Source: a virus. From it: DNA of 45,653 bases. The position numbers and the translations under genes were made by a program. Below are positions 1-7,448 of this stretch, in pieces. Each line of letters starts with the position of its first letter. Within the stretch, counting starts at the first letter, position 1. Below the pieces are notes generated by a model that ran no database searches, was not told the origin of the DNA, and saw only the letters and a program-made list of their open reading frames with translations. The stretch is from the IMG/VR virus record IMGVR_UViG_3300042802_000002, one strand, 5' to 3'.

Positions 1-127
1 TACATATATCGTCCTCTACATAGGAATAGTGCAGCTTTTTTACTACAAAATTAGGAGATTGGAGTAAATGCTCGACCACTATCCTGTCAAAGCTAGAAAT
101 ATCCATAGTGCCGTCCTCTGATACTGT
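1..127. repeat. Terminal direct repeat, left copy (identical to 45527..45653)
   Basis: Direct comparison: bases 1..127 read the same as 45527..45653. A minus-strand ORF (45426..45632) runs through the repeat, so the left copy holds a truncated duplicate of its 5' end. Confidence 0.9.
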
Positions 128-207
128 CCTCCTATCAAATACTATTACCGTTTCCTTCTCTGAACTGTCTAAACTACCATCTGACACTATTTCCATACCA
201 TTGTATT

Positions 208-453
208 TCATTTGCTAAAACCGTCCTTTTCTCCTATAAGCCCAAATCCTTCTGCGACTCTATATAATTCGTCGCCTATATATCTTATATTATTAGCAAA
301 TACAATCCCACATTTAGGGCAAATCTTCATTCGTTTTGTTTTCCCATCTTCAAACTCCTGCCAAAATTGCTCGTATTTATCTATTTCATCTGTGTAATGA
401 CAATTTGGACACCTTGCCACCATAATTGGTTGTACAGGATCTAATTTACTCAC
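208..453 (-). CDS. Small zinc-ribbon protein (CPNC...CPKC), hypothetical
   Basis: 81-codon ORF with a GTG start; AGGAGG lies 9 nt upstream on the minus strand; two CxxC pairs. Confidence 0.5.
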   Translation of the reverse strand: MSKLDPVQPIMVARCPNCHYTDEIDKYEQFWQEFEDGKTKRMKICPKCGIVFANNIRYIGDELYRVAEGFGLIGEKDGFSK

Positions 454-767
454 TTGCTAAAACCTCCTATATACTATTATTCTTATTTTTTTACTGCTTA
501 AAGGTATATTTCCTTATGTTAACCCTTTTATAAGGTTATTCTATATAAATACACCCCTTTTAAAAGCTAAAAAATATATATTTGAGTGATTTCAAACCTC
601 CACTTTGTAAAAAAAGCCTTTAGAAATAGCTCATAGGATTATTTGGGGTATATATATTATGTGTGTGAGCGGAGTCGACACCCCTCCCCCCCTACCTTCA
701 TTTATATTGCTGAACTGAAAAACTTCGCAAAACATAGATTTTACGAAACTTTTACCTTCATTATAGC

Positions 768-1226
768 TTATTCTTCTTCTATTTCCTCAACATCAACTGC
801 ATTTTGCCGTTGCTCAATCATATCTACCGCCTTTGATAGCTGTAGAAGGGTATCATCATCCAATTCCTCCAGTTTATCCACTTTATTATGGTCTATTGAT
901 CCAGATACCTGATGCTGATGTTCTACTCTGTCTGCCATTCCTCCAAAGTTTTTAAGCCAGAAGATTGCTCCCGTGGTATTTCGCCCAGGAAGGAATAATT
1001 GTTGCTCCCAAAGACTAATAATAGTATTTTCAGCCTTTTTTACTGCTGTTGAGTAATCGGACTTATTTTTATAATTATAGAAGGTTGTTCTATCTATATC
1101 CAAAAACCTGCAGAGGTCAACAATGCTGACGAAGTTAATTTTTTTATCCTTATCAAGTTTAGCCTGAAAATAATCATCTATAGCTTTTTCTAATTCTTCA
1201 GGAGTATATTTTGGTGGTCTTGCCAT
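768..1226 (-). CDS. Putative terminase small subunit (N-terminal HTH-like region, C-terminal IFWLKN motif)
   Basis: 152-aa ORF; ATG preceded by AGGTGA; N-terminus MARPPKYTPEEL and C-terminal GAIFWLKN resemble small-terminase families as I remember them. Not verified by search. Confidence 0.45.
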   Translation of the reverse strand: MARPPKYTPEELEKAIDDYFQAKLDKDKKINFVSIVDLCRFLDIDRTTFYNYKNKSDYSTAVKKAENTIISLWEQQLFLPGRNTTGAIFWLKNFGGMADRVEHQHQVSGSIDHNKVDKLEELDDDTLLQLSKAVDMIEQRQNAVDVEEIEEE

Positions 1227-1574
1227 AATTTCACCTACTTAATATTAATAAGATAATCTTAATAACTATATTAATCTCTATTTCAAAAGAAAAGAAAATA
1301 TAAAAGAAAAGAAAAGTTCTTTCTCTTTCCGCAAATCTTTTTTGAAGATCTGCTACAAGAGTCAGAGAAAAACCTGCTCAGGTTATCGCTTACCTGAAAT
1401 AATTTTCTGCTTGTTGCTGCAGGTCCTATCTCTACTATTATTATATGCTTTTATATTGTTAATTGCAAAATATAGCTTTATATATGTAATTCAAATAACT
1501 AAGAATAAAAGAGTATTCTGGAGGTTTTACGGCTATAATCTAATCTAATCAGTCTATAAGCTAGAATATAGATG

Positions 1575-1603
1575 TTGAAGAACTGCTCTACTATCTATAT
1601 AAT
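1575..1603 (+). promoter_or_regulatory. Sigma-A-like promoter (TTGAAG, 17-bp spacer, TATAAT) for the plus-strand cassette
   Basis: Hexamers read directly with a 17-bp spacer, about 45 bp upstream of the 1648 start codon. Confidence 0.4.
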
Positions 1604-1647
1604 GAAGTTGCAAGAAGGAAAAAACAAATTTCAAGGAGGAATTAATA

Positions 1648-2028
1648 ATGATTGAAAACAAGCAGAAAATTATTGAATTGGCGGACAGGATAGACAAGGA
1701 ATTAACTTCATTAGTCTATGAAATACAGCAGTTAGACAGCCACGAAGAACAAACAGTATTAAATGTTATTAATGAAATAGGTTTACCTGATTTGGAAGAA
1801 CTAGAATATCAATTCGGCAGACTTGCAGAAATGGCTGACAAAGTAGAAGTAATAGGCGGGTATCAAGTTTGGGTTGACTCTTATCACGAATTGAATGTAA
1901 TTGTTAATAATCAGCATATAAGGACAGAGGGAACTATGGAAAGAGTTTTCGACAGACTACTAATGAAGATTGAGGATAGACAAACCGCAAAAAACATCTT
2001 TAAATGGTACTTTGATAAAACATATTAG
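1648..2028 (+). CDS. Hypothetical protein
   Basis: 126-aa ORF; AAGGAGG 8 nt upstream of the ATG. Confidence 0.6.
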   Translation: MIENKQKIIELADRIDKELTSLVYEIQQLDSHEEQTVLNVINEIGLPDLEELEYQFGRLAEMADKVEVIGGYQVWVDSYHELNVIVNNQHIRTEGTMERVFDRLLMKIEDRQTAKNIFKWYFDKTY

Positions 2029-2070
2029 ACTGAAAGTTAATTCTTGCTGATCTTCACAGGTCAGCAGGTA

Positions 2071-2117
2071 CTAGCTTTTAAGCTAGAAAAAATCTAAAAG
2101 GAGAGTGTTAAATAATG
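2071..2117 (+). repeat. Intergenic repeat copy 1: palindrome CTAGCTTttAAGCTAG followed by a conserved Shine-Dalgarno/start context
   Basis: About 47 nt, nearly identical to 2608..2654, ending at the ATG of the downstream gene. Confidence 0.7.
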
Positions 2118-2564
2118 AAAATTACAAAGTTTGATATCAGGTTAATCAAGGAGAACGAGGTGGATTATCAGGCAATAGATAACGAGAAAATCACAAACCC
2201 AATAGTCGCAGCTGAATTCTTCAACAAGGTACTAGAAATGGATATCAGAGGTCAGGAAGTGTTAGCAATGGCGACATTAGATGTCAAAAATAATATAACT
2301 GGAGTTTTTGAGGTCCACAAAGGCGGCCTTTCTTCTTCAATTGTAGAACCTAGAACAGTTTTTCAGCGGGCAATAATGCAAAATGCTGCAGGTATAGTTT
2401 TGTGCCATAACCATCCAAGTGGCGACCCAATGCCGAGCGGCGATGATGTCAGCATAACAAAAAAATTAGTCAAAGGTGGCGATATATTAGGAATTAATGT
2501 TGTAGATCATATTATTATAGCTGATAGTCAATATATCAGTTTCAAGGAAAAAGGTATAATCTAA
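2115..2564 (+). CDS. RadC-like JAB/MPN domain protein
   Basis: 149-aa ORF; C-terminal region LCHNHPSGDPMPSGDDVSITKKLVKGGDILGINVVDHIII matches the RadC-like JAB signature (HxHPSG ... S..D ... DH). Confidence 0.75.
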   Translation: MKITKFDIRLIKENEVDYQAIDNEKITNPIVAAEFFNKVLEMDIRGQEVLAMATLDVKNNITGVFEVHKGGLSSSIVEPRTVFQRAIMQNAAGIVLCHNHPSGDPMPSGDDVSITKKLVKGGDILGINVVDHIIIADSQYISFKEKGII

Positions 2565-2607
2565 TCTTAACGGTTAACTCTTGCAGGTCCTGAAAGATCT
2601 GCAGGAG

Positions 2608-2654
2608 CTAGCTTTTAAGCTAGAAAAAAATTAAAAGGAGAGTGTTAAATAATG
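2608..2654 (+). repeat. Intergenic repeat copy 2 (same palindrome plus Shine-Dalgarno/start context)
   Basis: Near-identical to 2071..2117; lies immediately upstream of the 2652 start. Confidence 0.7.
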
Positions 2655-3038
2655 ACTACTTATGAAAAGAAATTGGACGGCCACAAAATCACTCAAGAAT
2701 ATAAGGACTTTATGAGTATAGCAAGAACAGAGGACCACCAAATTGATGTATTAACCACTTTAATGGATAAGGTAGAAGTTGAGGAAGGTTATAGGCTTTA
2801 CAGAGGATTTAAGCCTGAATTTCAGGAAAGCAATTGGCCAAAAGTTATGCTACAGCTTTTTGATTTTGAAAGAGTTTGGGAATGGACCACAGCCTACAGG
2901 GAAGTATTTATAAATAAAGATTTAAAAGCAAAGTTCACTTATATTGAAGGAGATTTAATTTTAAAAGTATTTGATAACAAAAAAGACTTTGAAAAAGATT
3001 TAAAAGAAGCAGGCGAATTTTACGCAAAAGGTTATTAG
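2652..3038 (+). CDS. Hypothetical protein
   Basis: 128-aa ORF with the conserved upstream AAGGAGAG element. Confidence 0.6.
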   Translation: MTTYEKKLDGHKITQEYKDFMSIARTEDHQIDVLTTLMDKVEVEEGYRLYRGFKPEFQESNWPKVMLQLFDFERVWEWTTAYREVFINKDLKAKFTYIEGDLILKVFDNKKDFEKDLKEAGEFYAKGY

Positions 3039-3046
3039 AATTTATC

Positions 3047-3080
3047 CAGCTTGTCAGGGTCCCACTACCTGGCAGGCTGC
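3047..3080 (+). terminator. Stem-loop (12-bp stem with two G-U pairs) followed by a T-rich tract; possible attenuator or terminator
   Basis: CAGCTTGTCAGG pairs with CCTGGCAGGCTG; T-rich sequence follows. Confidence 0.35.
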
Positions 3081-3125
3081 ATTAAGTTTTAATTTTTCTC
3101 AAATCAAATGTAAAGGGGTGAAAAA

Positions 3126-3293
3126 ATGCAAGAATACAGCCAAATGTTATTAGAAAAGTTGGTCCGACATATTAACGATTTAGGTAGGACGGGACAAGCT
3201 GCAGAATTAACAGAAGTGCTGCAGGTCCTGGAGGAAATACAGGTCCAGGCCGAAAGCATACAGCCTGAATATTACATTAATAAGGGGGCGTAA
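3126..3293 (+). CDS. Hypothetical small protein (55 aa)
   Basis: ORF below the 60-aa track cutoff; AAAGGGG upstream of the ATG; fills the gap before the next gene. Confidence 0.45.
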   Translation: MQEYSQMLLEKLVRHINDLGRTGQAAELTEVLQVLEEIQVQAESIQPEYYINKGA

Positions 3294-3295
3294 TT

Positions 3296-3490
3296 ATGAA
3301 TATGAAGCGGAATCCATTGTTTGACGAGTTTACAGGTCGCTGCAGGCCACGATATTTCGTAGTTGACAACAAGGGTTTGATATTAGCAAAAGCAGCCACG
3401 AAAGCAGAAGCGGAAAGAAAGCGAATGATCTGCGGAGAGGGTCAGGTTATGCGGCAGGATAATCTATTCCAGGAGGGGGGCAGAATATGA
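3296..3490 (+). CDS. Hypothetical protein
   Basis: 64-aa ORF; GGGGG 6 nt upstream of the ATG. Confidence 0.5.
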   Translation: MNMKRNPLFDEFTGRCRPRYFVVDNKGLILAKAATKAEAERKRMICGEGQVMRQDNLFQEGGRI

Positions 3491-3603
3491 GAAAACTCAA
3501 AGATCTGATTATATACTTGTTGGCTGCAGTTGTCGGTGGCGGGTTTTGGTACTATCTTATAGTAGTTTGGGCTGATTATGTGGCGACTTATCCAAATTAT
3601 TAA
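3486..3603 (+). CDS. Small hydrophobic (single transmembrane segment) protein, 38 aa
   Basis: ATG overlaps the upstream stop (ATGA); hydrophobic core LIIYLLAAVVGGGFWYYLIVVW. Confidence 0.3.
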
Positions 3604-3688
3604 GCAGGAGTTGAGCAGATAATCAAGAATTAATAATTAAGCGGCCAGTTAACCGCTGGCTGCACAAAATCAAAAGGAGGAAATTATA

Positions 3689-4282
3689 ATGACTAAGCGT
3701 GAAAAAACTATGATGGAGAAGGTCCTAGAGGAAGCAAAAGAGCAGGGGTTTGAATGGTATAAAGATAATGCAAGTCCATTATTAAGTATAGACGAATTAT
3801 TAATGCAGGCAGAGGAAGAAGAATGGCAAGAAAGCAACGACCCAGCAACAGCAGAAATGACTATAGCTGATTTTGATAAGGAAATAGGAAAAGCATATAT
3901 CTACAAGGTTGACGACAGAGGTTATCTAAGGGACAGAGTTGCAGCAATATGGAAGCCAAAAAAAGATATAATTATCAATGAATTGGAAGGTCGCAGAATT
4001 ATTTTGACTGCTGATGAATTAGAAGAAATAGACCCTGAGTTATTAGATTGGATTACATCAAGCAAATACTGGGGCAGAGGTTATGACTATACACCCGACC
4101 GCTCAGAAGCTATTGTTGAGTTAAGATTTGATGAAGAAGGCGTCAGATATTACGGAGATTTTGAAGGCAGTAGCACACAACCAGGAGAAGATCCTTCTCA
4201 AAATCAAGGTCCTTGGGGGGGAGATAGTTGGGAAGATTGGACCATTGAACAGCTAAAAAAATATTATGAATTAATAAGATAA
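3689..4282 (+). CDS. Acidic hypothetical protein (D/E-rich)
   Basis: 197-aa ORF; AAGGAGG upstream; strongly acidic composition. Confidence 0.6.
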   Translation: MTKREKTMMEKVLEEAKEQGFEWYKDNASPLLSIDELLMQAEEEEWQESNDPATAEMTIADFDKEIGKAYIYKVDDRGYLRDRVAAIWKPKKDIIINELEGRRIILTADELEEIDPELLDWITSSKYWGRGYDYTPDRSEAIVELRFDEEGVRYYGDFEGSSTQPGEDPSQNQGPWGGDSWEDWTIEQLKKYYELIR

Positions 4283-4387
4283 TAACTCTATCAGCCTGGG
4301 TAAGCTGCAAAACTACCCGCTCTACAAGGTAAAAGTTTTTCTTTAGTGGGTAATTATACCTACTTTTTAATTATAGGAGGTGGAAAA

Positions 4388-4621
4388 ATGAAGGTATTAA
4401 GATATTTTGACGGCGAATATAAAATCGCTATATCAGAATTAACAACAGACCAAGCGGCCAGAATATTAACAGCACTAGATCAGGTAGACAGCGAATTAGC
4501 AGATGAAATCAGAACAGCAATTAAGGAGGGCAAAAATGCACGAAATCACAAAAAAAATCAAAGAATATATGGAGGAAAGAAATCTCAACCAGCAGGAAAT
4601 GGGAAAGTTAATCGGCGTTAG
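4388..4621 (+). CDS. Hypothetical protein (3' end overlaps the next gene)
   Basis: Start chosen at the internal ATG preceded by AGGAGGTGG; the track ORF 4346..4621 extends further upstream. Confidence 0.45.
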   Translation: MKVLRYFDGEYKIAISELTTDQAARILTALDQVDSELADEIRTAIKEGKNARNHKKNQRIYGGKKSQPAGNGKVNRR

Positions 4622-4829
4622 TAAAACTCATATGTCAAAGATAATGAACGGCCACCAGGACCCAGGCAGCAGAATGACCAATAAATATTATAAACTACCA
4701 GGTATCAAAGAAAGAGAAGCTATAGAACAGACAAAACAGGTAATAGATGATTTATGGTTATCAGGCCAGATTGATGAGCCTGCAGCCAAAAAATTGGTTA
4801 AGGCTTTGCAATATGACAGCGATAACTAA
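4536..4829 (+). CDS. XRE-family helix-turn-helix DNA-binding protein
   Basis: Start chosen at the ATG preceded by AAGGAGGG; HTH-like segment NQQEMGKLIGVSKTHMSKIMNG. Confidence 0.6.
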   Translation: MHEITKKIKEYMEERNLNQQEMGKLIGVSKTHMSKIMNGHQDPGSRMTNKYYKLPGIKEREAIEQTKQVIDDLWLSGQIDEPAAKKLVKALQYDSDN

Positions 4830-4883
4830 TTATATAATCATAACTGGCGGGTTGTTGGTGGTGGCTGCTATACTCAAAAAGAA

Positions 4884-4917
4884 AGGACCAGGGGCTTAAT
4901 CCTGGTCTTTTTCTTTG
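4884..4917. terminator. Bidirectional intrinsic terminator between the convergent plus cassette and the minus early block
   Basis: 9-bp stem (AGGACCAGG / CCTGGTCTT) flanked by an A-run upstream and a T-run downstream. Confidence 0.5.
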
Positions 4918-5078
4918 TTCTCCTGTTTTTCTAATAGATCATTAATATTGTCGGCTTCCTTCTTCTCCATTTGGTGCAGCTCCCAAAACCCTTCTAGTCC
5001 TTTCCTGCGGGCTTGTTCTCTAGTTAGGTTATTCCAGCGTGTAATATTAACTACCTCCTTTGCTACCACCTGCAGCAA
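4896..5078 (-). CDS. Hypothetical protein (uncertain)
   Basis: 60-aa ORF whose 3' end overlaps the terminator hairpin. Confidence 0.3.
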   Translation of the reverse strand: MLQVVAKEVVNITRWNNLTREQARRKGLEGFWELHQMEKKEADNINDLLEKQENKEKDQD

Positions 5079-5125
5079 TAAACATTACTATAAAACATAT
5101 CATTACTAACCAGCGGGCTATTTCA

Positions 5126-5686
5126 TTAATCATCTTCTGCTGCTACCTTCTCCGCAGCTTCCTCTGCTATCCTGTCAATCATATAATTAGGCAGTCCTGG
5201 ATATTCTTCTCTCAAATCTTCCTTAATTTTTGTAAGGTCCATTAGTCCTCCTTTGCTAACTTCATCAGGTATCGGATCAACGCCCGCTCTTTTTTCTTGA
5301 GTTCCTGCCTTCTCTTTGCTAACTTTTTGTATTCTTTCAGCTTGATTACTTTTTTGTTCATTTCCCGTAACCTCCTGATATAATACATCATAATATCCAT
5401 TAATACTGTCTATCTGTTCATCAGTAATAACAGTAACCACCGACCAACCTGACCACAATCCGCTGCTATCAGGTGTCAATACTGAAAACACCAGCTTTTC
5501 ATTAATTTCGCCTGTAAAAAATAAGTAAAACGATTGATTTTCTATTACATACGGCTTAATCCCCTGCCTTAACTTAGGGAGAAAGCGGGTAGATATATAA
5601 CCCGCTATTTTTGTTTTCTTCCAAAAAACCTCTACTCTTTCAGTCCATCTATTTTGAGCGTGATTTGTAACTCTGATTTTGAACAT
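5126..5686 (-). CDS. Hypothetical protein
   Basis: 186-aa ORF in the co-directional early block. Confidence 0.6.
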   Translation of the reverse strand: MFKIRVTNHAQNRWTERVEVFWKKTKIAGYISTRFLPKLRQGIKPYVIENQSFYLFFTGEINEKLVFSVLTPDSSGLWSGWSVVTVITDEQIDSINGYYDVLYQEVTGNEQKSNQAERIQKVSKEKAGTQEKRAGVDPIPDEVSKGGLMDLTKIKEDLREEYPGLPNYMIDRIAEEAAEKVAAEDD

Positions 5687-5976
5687 TATTCGTCCTCCCT
5701 GCTCCCGAATAGGCCCCCTTTTCTTGCTTTGATTTTCTCTTTCAAAGATAAATCGTACAGAAGAATAAAAACATCTTCTATTCGTCTTTTCATTTCGATT
5801 GAGATTTTCTCCAGACTATAACCTTCCTCCCACATCTTAATTACCCTTGGTATTTGTTCCTGCCTCCAACTAAAATCTAATTCTACATCATCTAATAAAG
5901 CTATATAGTCATTCTTCATATTTAATTTTTCTGATCTACTTCTGGTTATCTTACTACCTACAATTTTTTCCGCCAC
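5686..5976 (-). CDS. Hypothetical protein
   Basis: 96-aa ORF that abuts the next gene. Confidence 0.55.
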   Translation of the reverse strand: MAEKIVGSKITRSRSEKLNMKNDYIALLDDVELDFSWRQEQIPRVIKMWEEGYSLEKISIEMKRRIEDVFILLYDLSLKEKIKARKGGLFGSREDE

Positions 5977-5990
5977 TTAAATCACCTTTT

Positions 5991-6443
5991 TCAAAATGGG
6001 ACATCAAAATCATCTACATTAAAGTTATCATCAAATTCCTGGTCTTGTTCTTCTCCTTTCAAAGTTTTTTCTACTCTTTCTTTATGCTGATCTGATACTG
6101 ACGGCTGCTTTTCCTGATTATTGTTATTTGCAAAATCAAGAAATCTGACATTATCAGCTTTAACCTCTGGATTAATATAAGTGCGATTATCCTTCTTTGA
6201 TTTTCTAATTTGAAGCGACCCGTCAATGCCTACAAGACGCCCCTTTCCTAAGTGTCTGGCACAATTTTCAGCTAATCCTCGCCAGGTAACTATGTTAATG
6301 AAATCTACATCTCTATCGCCGTCCCGATTGGTATAATTTCTTTCACAGGCTATCCGAAAATTACACACAGGAGTACCATTTCCTGTATATCTAAGTTCAG
6401 GATCTTTTGTCAGCCGGCCAACTAAACAAATTCTATTCAACAT
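5991..6443 (-). CDS. ssb: Single-stranded DNA-binding protein
   Basis: 150 aa; N-terminus MLNRICLVGRLTKDPELRYT and acidic C-terminal tail DDFDVPF are typical of bacterial/phage SSB. Confidence 0.85.
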   Translation of the reverse strand: MLNRICLVGRLTKDPELRYTGNGTPVCNFRIACERNYTNRDGDRDVDFINIVTWRGLAENCARHLGKGRLVGIDGSLQIRKSKKDNRTYINPEVKADNVRFLDFANNNNQEKQPSVSDQHKERVEKTLKGEEQDQEFDDNFNVDDFDVPF

Positions 6444-6756
6444 CTTCTACATTCCTCCATTTTCCATAATTATTGTCAGCTATATCCTTAATATCATCTA
6501 ATAGTTCATTTAAAACTTCCCTTGGTGCATTTTCTGGTGTAAATTCTATCATTTCTGATACACCTTCAAACTCTTTGTCCATTTCTAAATGTTCATCTAA
6601 TACATTTTCGATAAAATCTTCAACTCTTGATAACTCTTTCAATGCCCGTGCTATAGGCTCGTGTTCTTTTCCTGGTGGTAAAGTTAAATCACTACTTGAA
6701 GTCTGCAGCACTTCCCTAATGTCATCTATTAAATCATCAAAGTTTACTTTCATCAT
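6433..6756 (-). CDS. Acidic hypothetical protein
   Basis: 107-aa ORF. Confidence 0.55.
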   Translation of the reverse strand: MMKVNFDDLIDDIREVLQTSSSDLTLPPGKEHEPIARALKELSRVEDFIENVLDEHLEMDKEFEGVSEMIEFTPENAPREVLNELLDDIKDIADNNYGKWRNVEDVE

Positions 6757-7115
6757 TCATCAACTCCTTTAGCTTTATTAATTGCTTTTCTCAATTTTCT
6801 TTCCCACTCATGTTTTTTACATGTGAATCCATTGTAAGAATCACACTCACAAGGTAAGTTTTCAACTATTTTTAAGCTATATTCTGCAACATTCAACAGC
6901 TCAGGTGCAGCTGTCATCAAATCAGCATTAGCAATCGCCTGTTCTTTCTGCTCTTTTTTGTAAGTTTCAATCATATCTACATATTTGAAACTATTATGAG
7001 CTAAATGGTTGCCAGGGCTTTCTATTGCATCCCCCATCCTTATTTCAATATCTCCATCCTCAATAACCCACTTCCATGGTCCTGGTGTGTGTTTACTCAT
7101 AGTTTTCTCCTCCAT
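6753..7115 (-). CDS. Hypothetical phage protein (HTPGPW ... LMTAAPELL motifs)
   Basis: 120-aa ORF; motif pair that I recall as recurring in phage proteins of unknown function. Confidence 0.55.
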   Translation of the reverse strand: MEEKTMSKHTPGPWKWVIEDGDIEIRMGDAIESPGNHLAHNSFKYVDMIETYKKEQKEQAIANADLMTAAPELLNVAEYSLKIVENLPCECDSYNGFTCKKHEWERKLRKAINKAKGVDE

Positions 7116-7299
7116 TCCCCTTCACAATTTTATAATTATTTTCCTGCAGCCATTGGTGAAATTTATATGCTTCACATTCTTTTCTGCAAAAACTCTTAGC
7201 GAAACTTTTGCCTAATTCATTTTCTTTATCATTATCAATTAGTTTTTGCATGCCACAACCAATATCTCTGCAAAATTCTCTACTCTTATATTCAGGCAT
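7093..7299 (-). CDS. Small Cys-rich protein
   Basis: 68-aa ORF containing a CxxxxC pair and a CxxxC pair. Confidence 0.5.
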   Translation of the reverse strand: MPEYKSREFCRDIGCGMQKLIDNDKENELGKSFAKSFCRKECEAYKFHQWLQENNYKIVKGNGGENYE

Positions 7300-7448
7300 T
7301 AACTGACCCCCTTCCCTGTTAATCTTTTCACTTCTTCTAATATCTCGCCTGGCTGCATATTACTAATATCTATTGTCGCCTTAATTTTCTTGCCGCCTTT
7401 TTTATAATTCAACTCTAATGTTTCTTTATTAGTTTTAGCGTGGATCAT
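7299..7448 (-). CDS. Hypothetical small protein (about 49 aa)
   Basis: Below the track cutoff; ATG overlaps the upstream stop and its stop overlaps the next start. Confidence 0.4.
   Translation of the reverse strand: MIHAKTNKETLELNYKKGGKKIKATIDISNMQPGEILEEVKRLTGKGVS

Noticed and set aside
644-694. GC-rich element GGGGTATATATATTATGTGTGTGAGCGGAGTCGACACCCCTCCCCCCC downstream of the 768..1226 gene
   Set aside because: It could be a terminator, packaging signal or G/C-tract structure, but the pairing is imperfect and there is no clear U-tract; too ambiguous to call.
1342-1548. Plus-strand 68-aa ORF in the divergent control region
   Set aside because: Hydrophobic low-complexity product in an AT-rich promoter region with no ribosome-binding site; more likely regulatory DNA than a gene.
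4503-4535. Upstream extension of the HTH gene (track start 4503)
   Set aside because: The ATG at 4536 has a much better ribosome-binding site; the 4503 start would lengthen the overlap with the upstream ORF.
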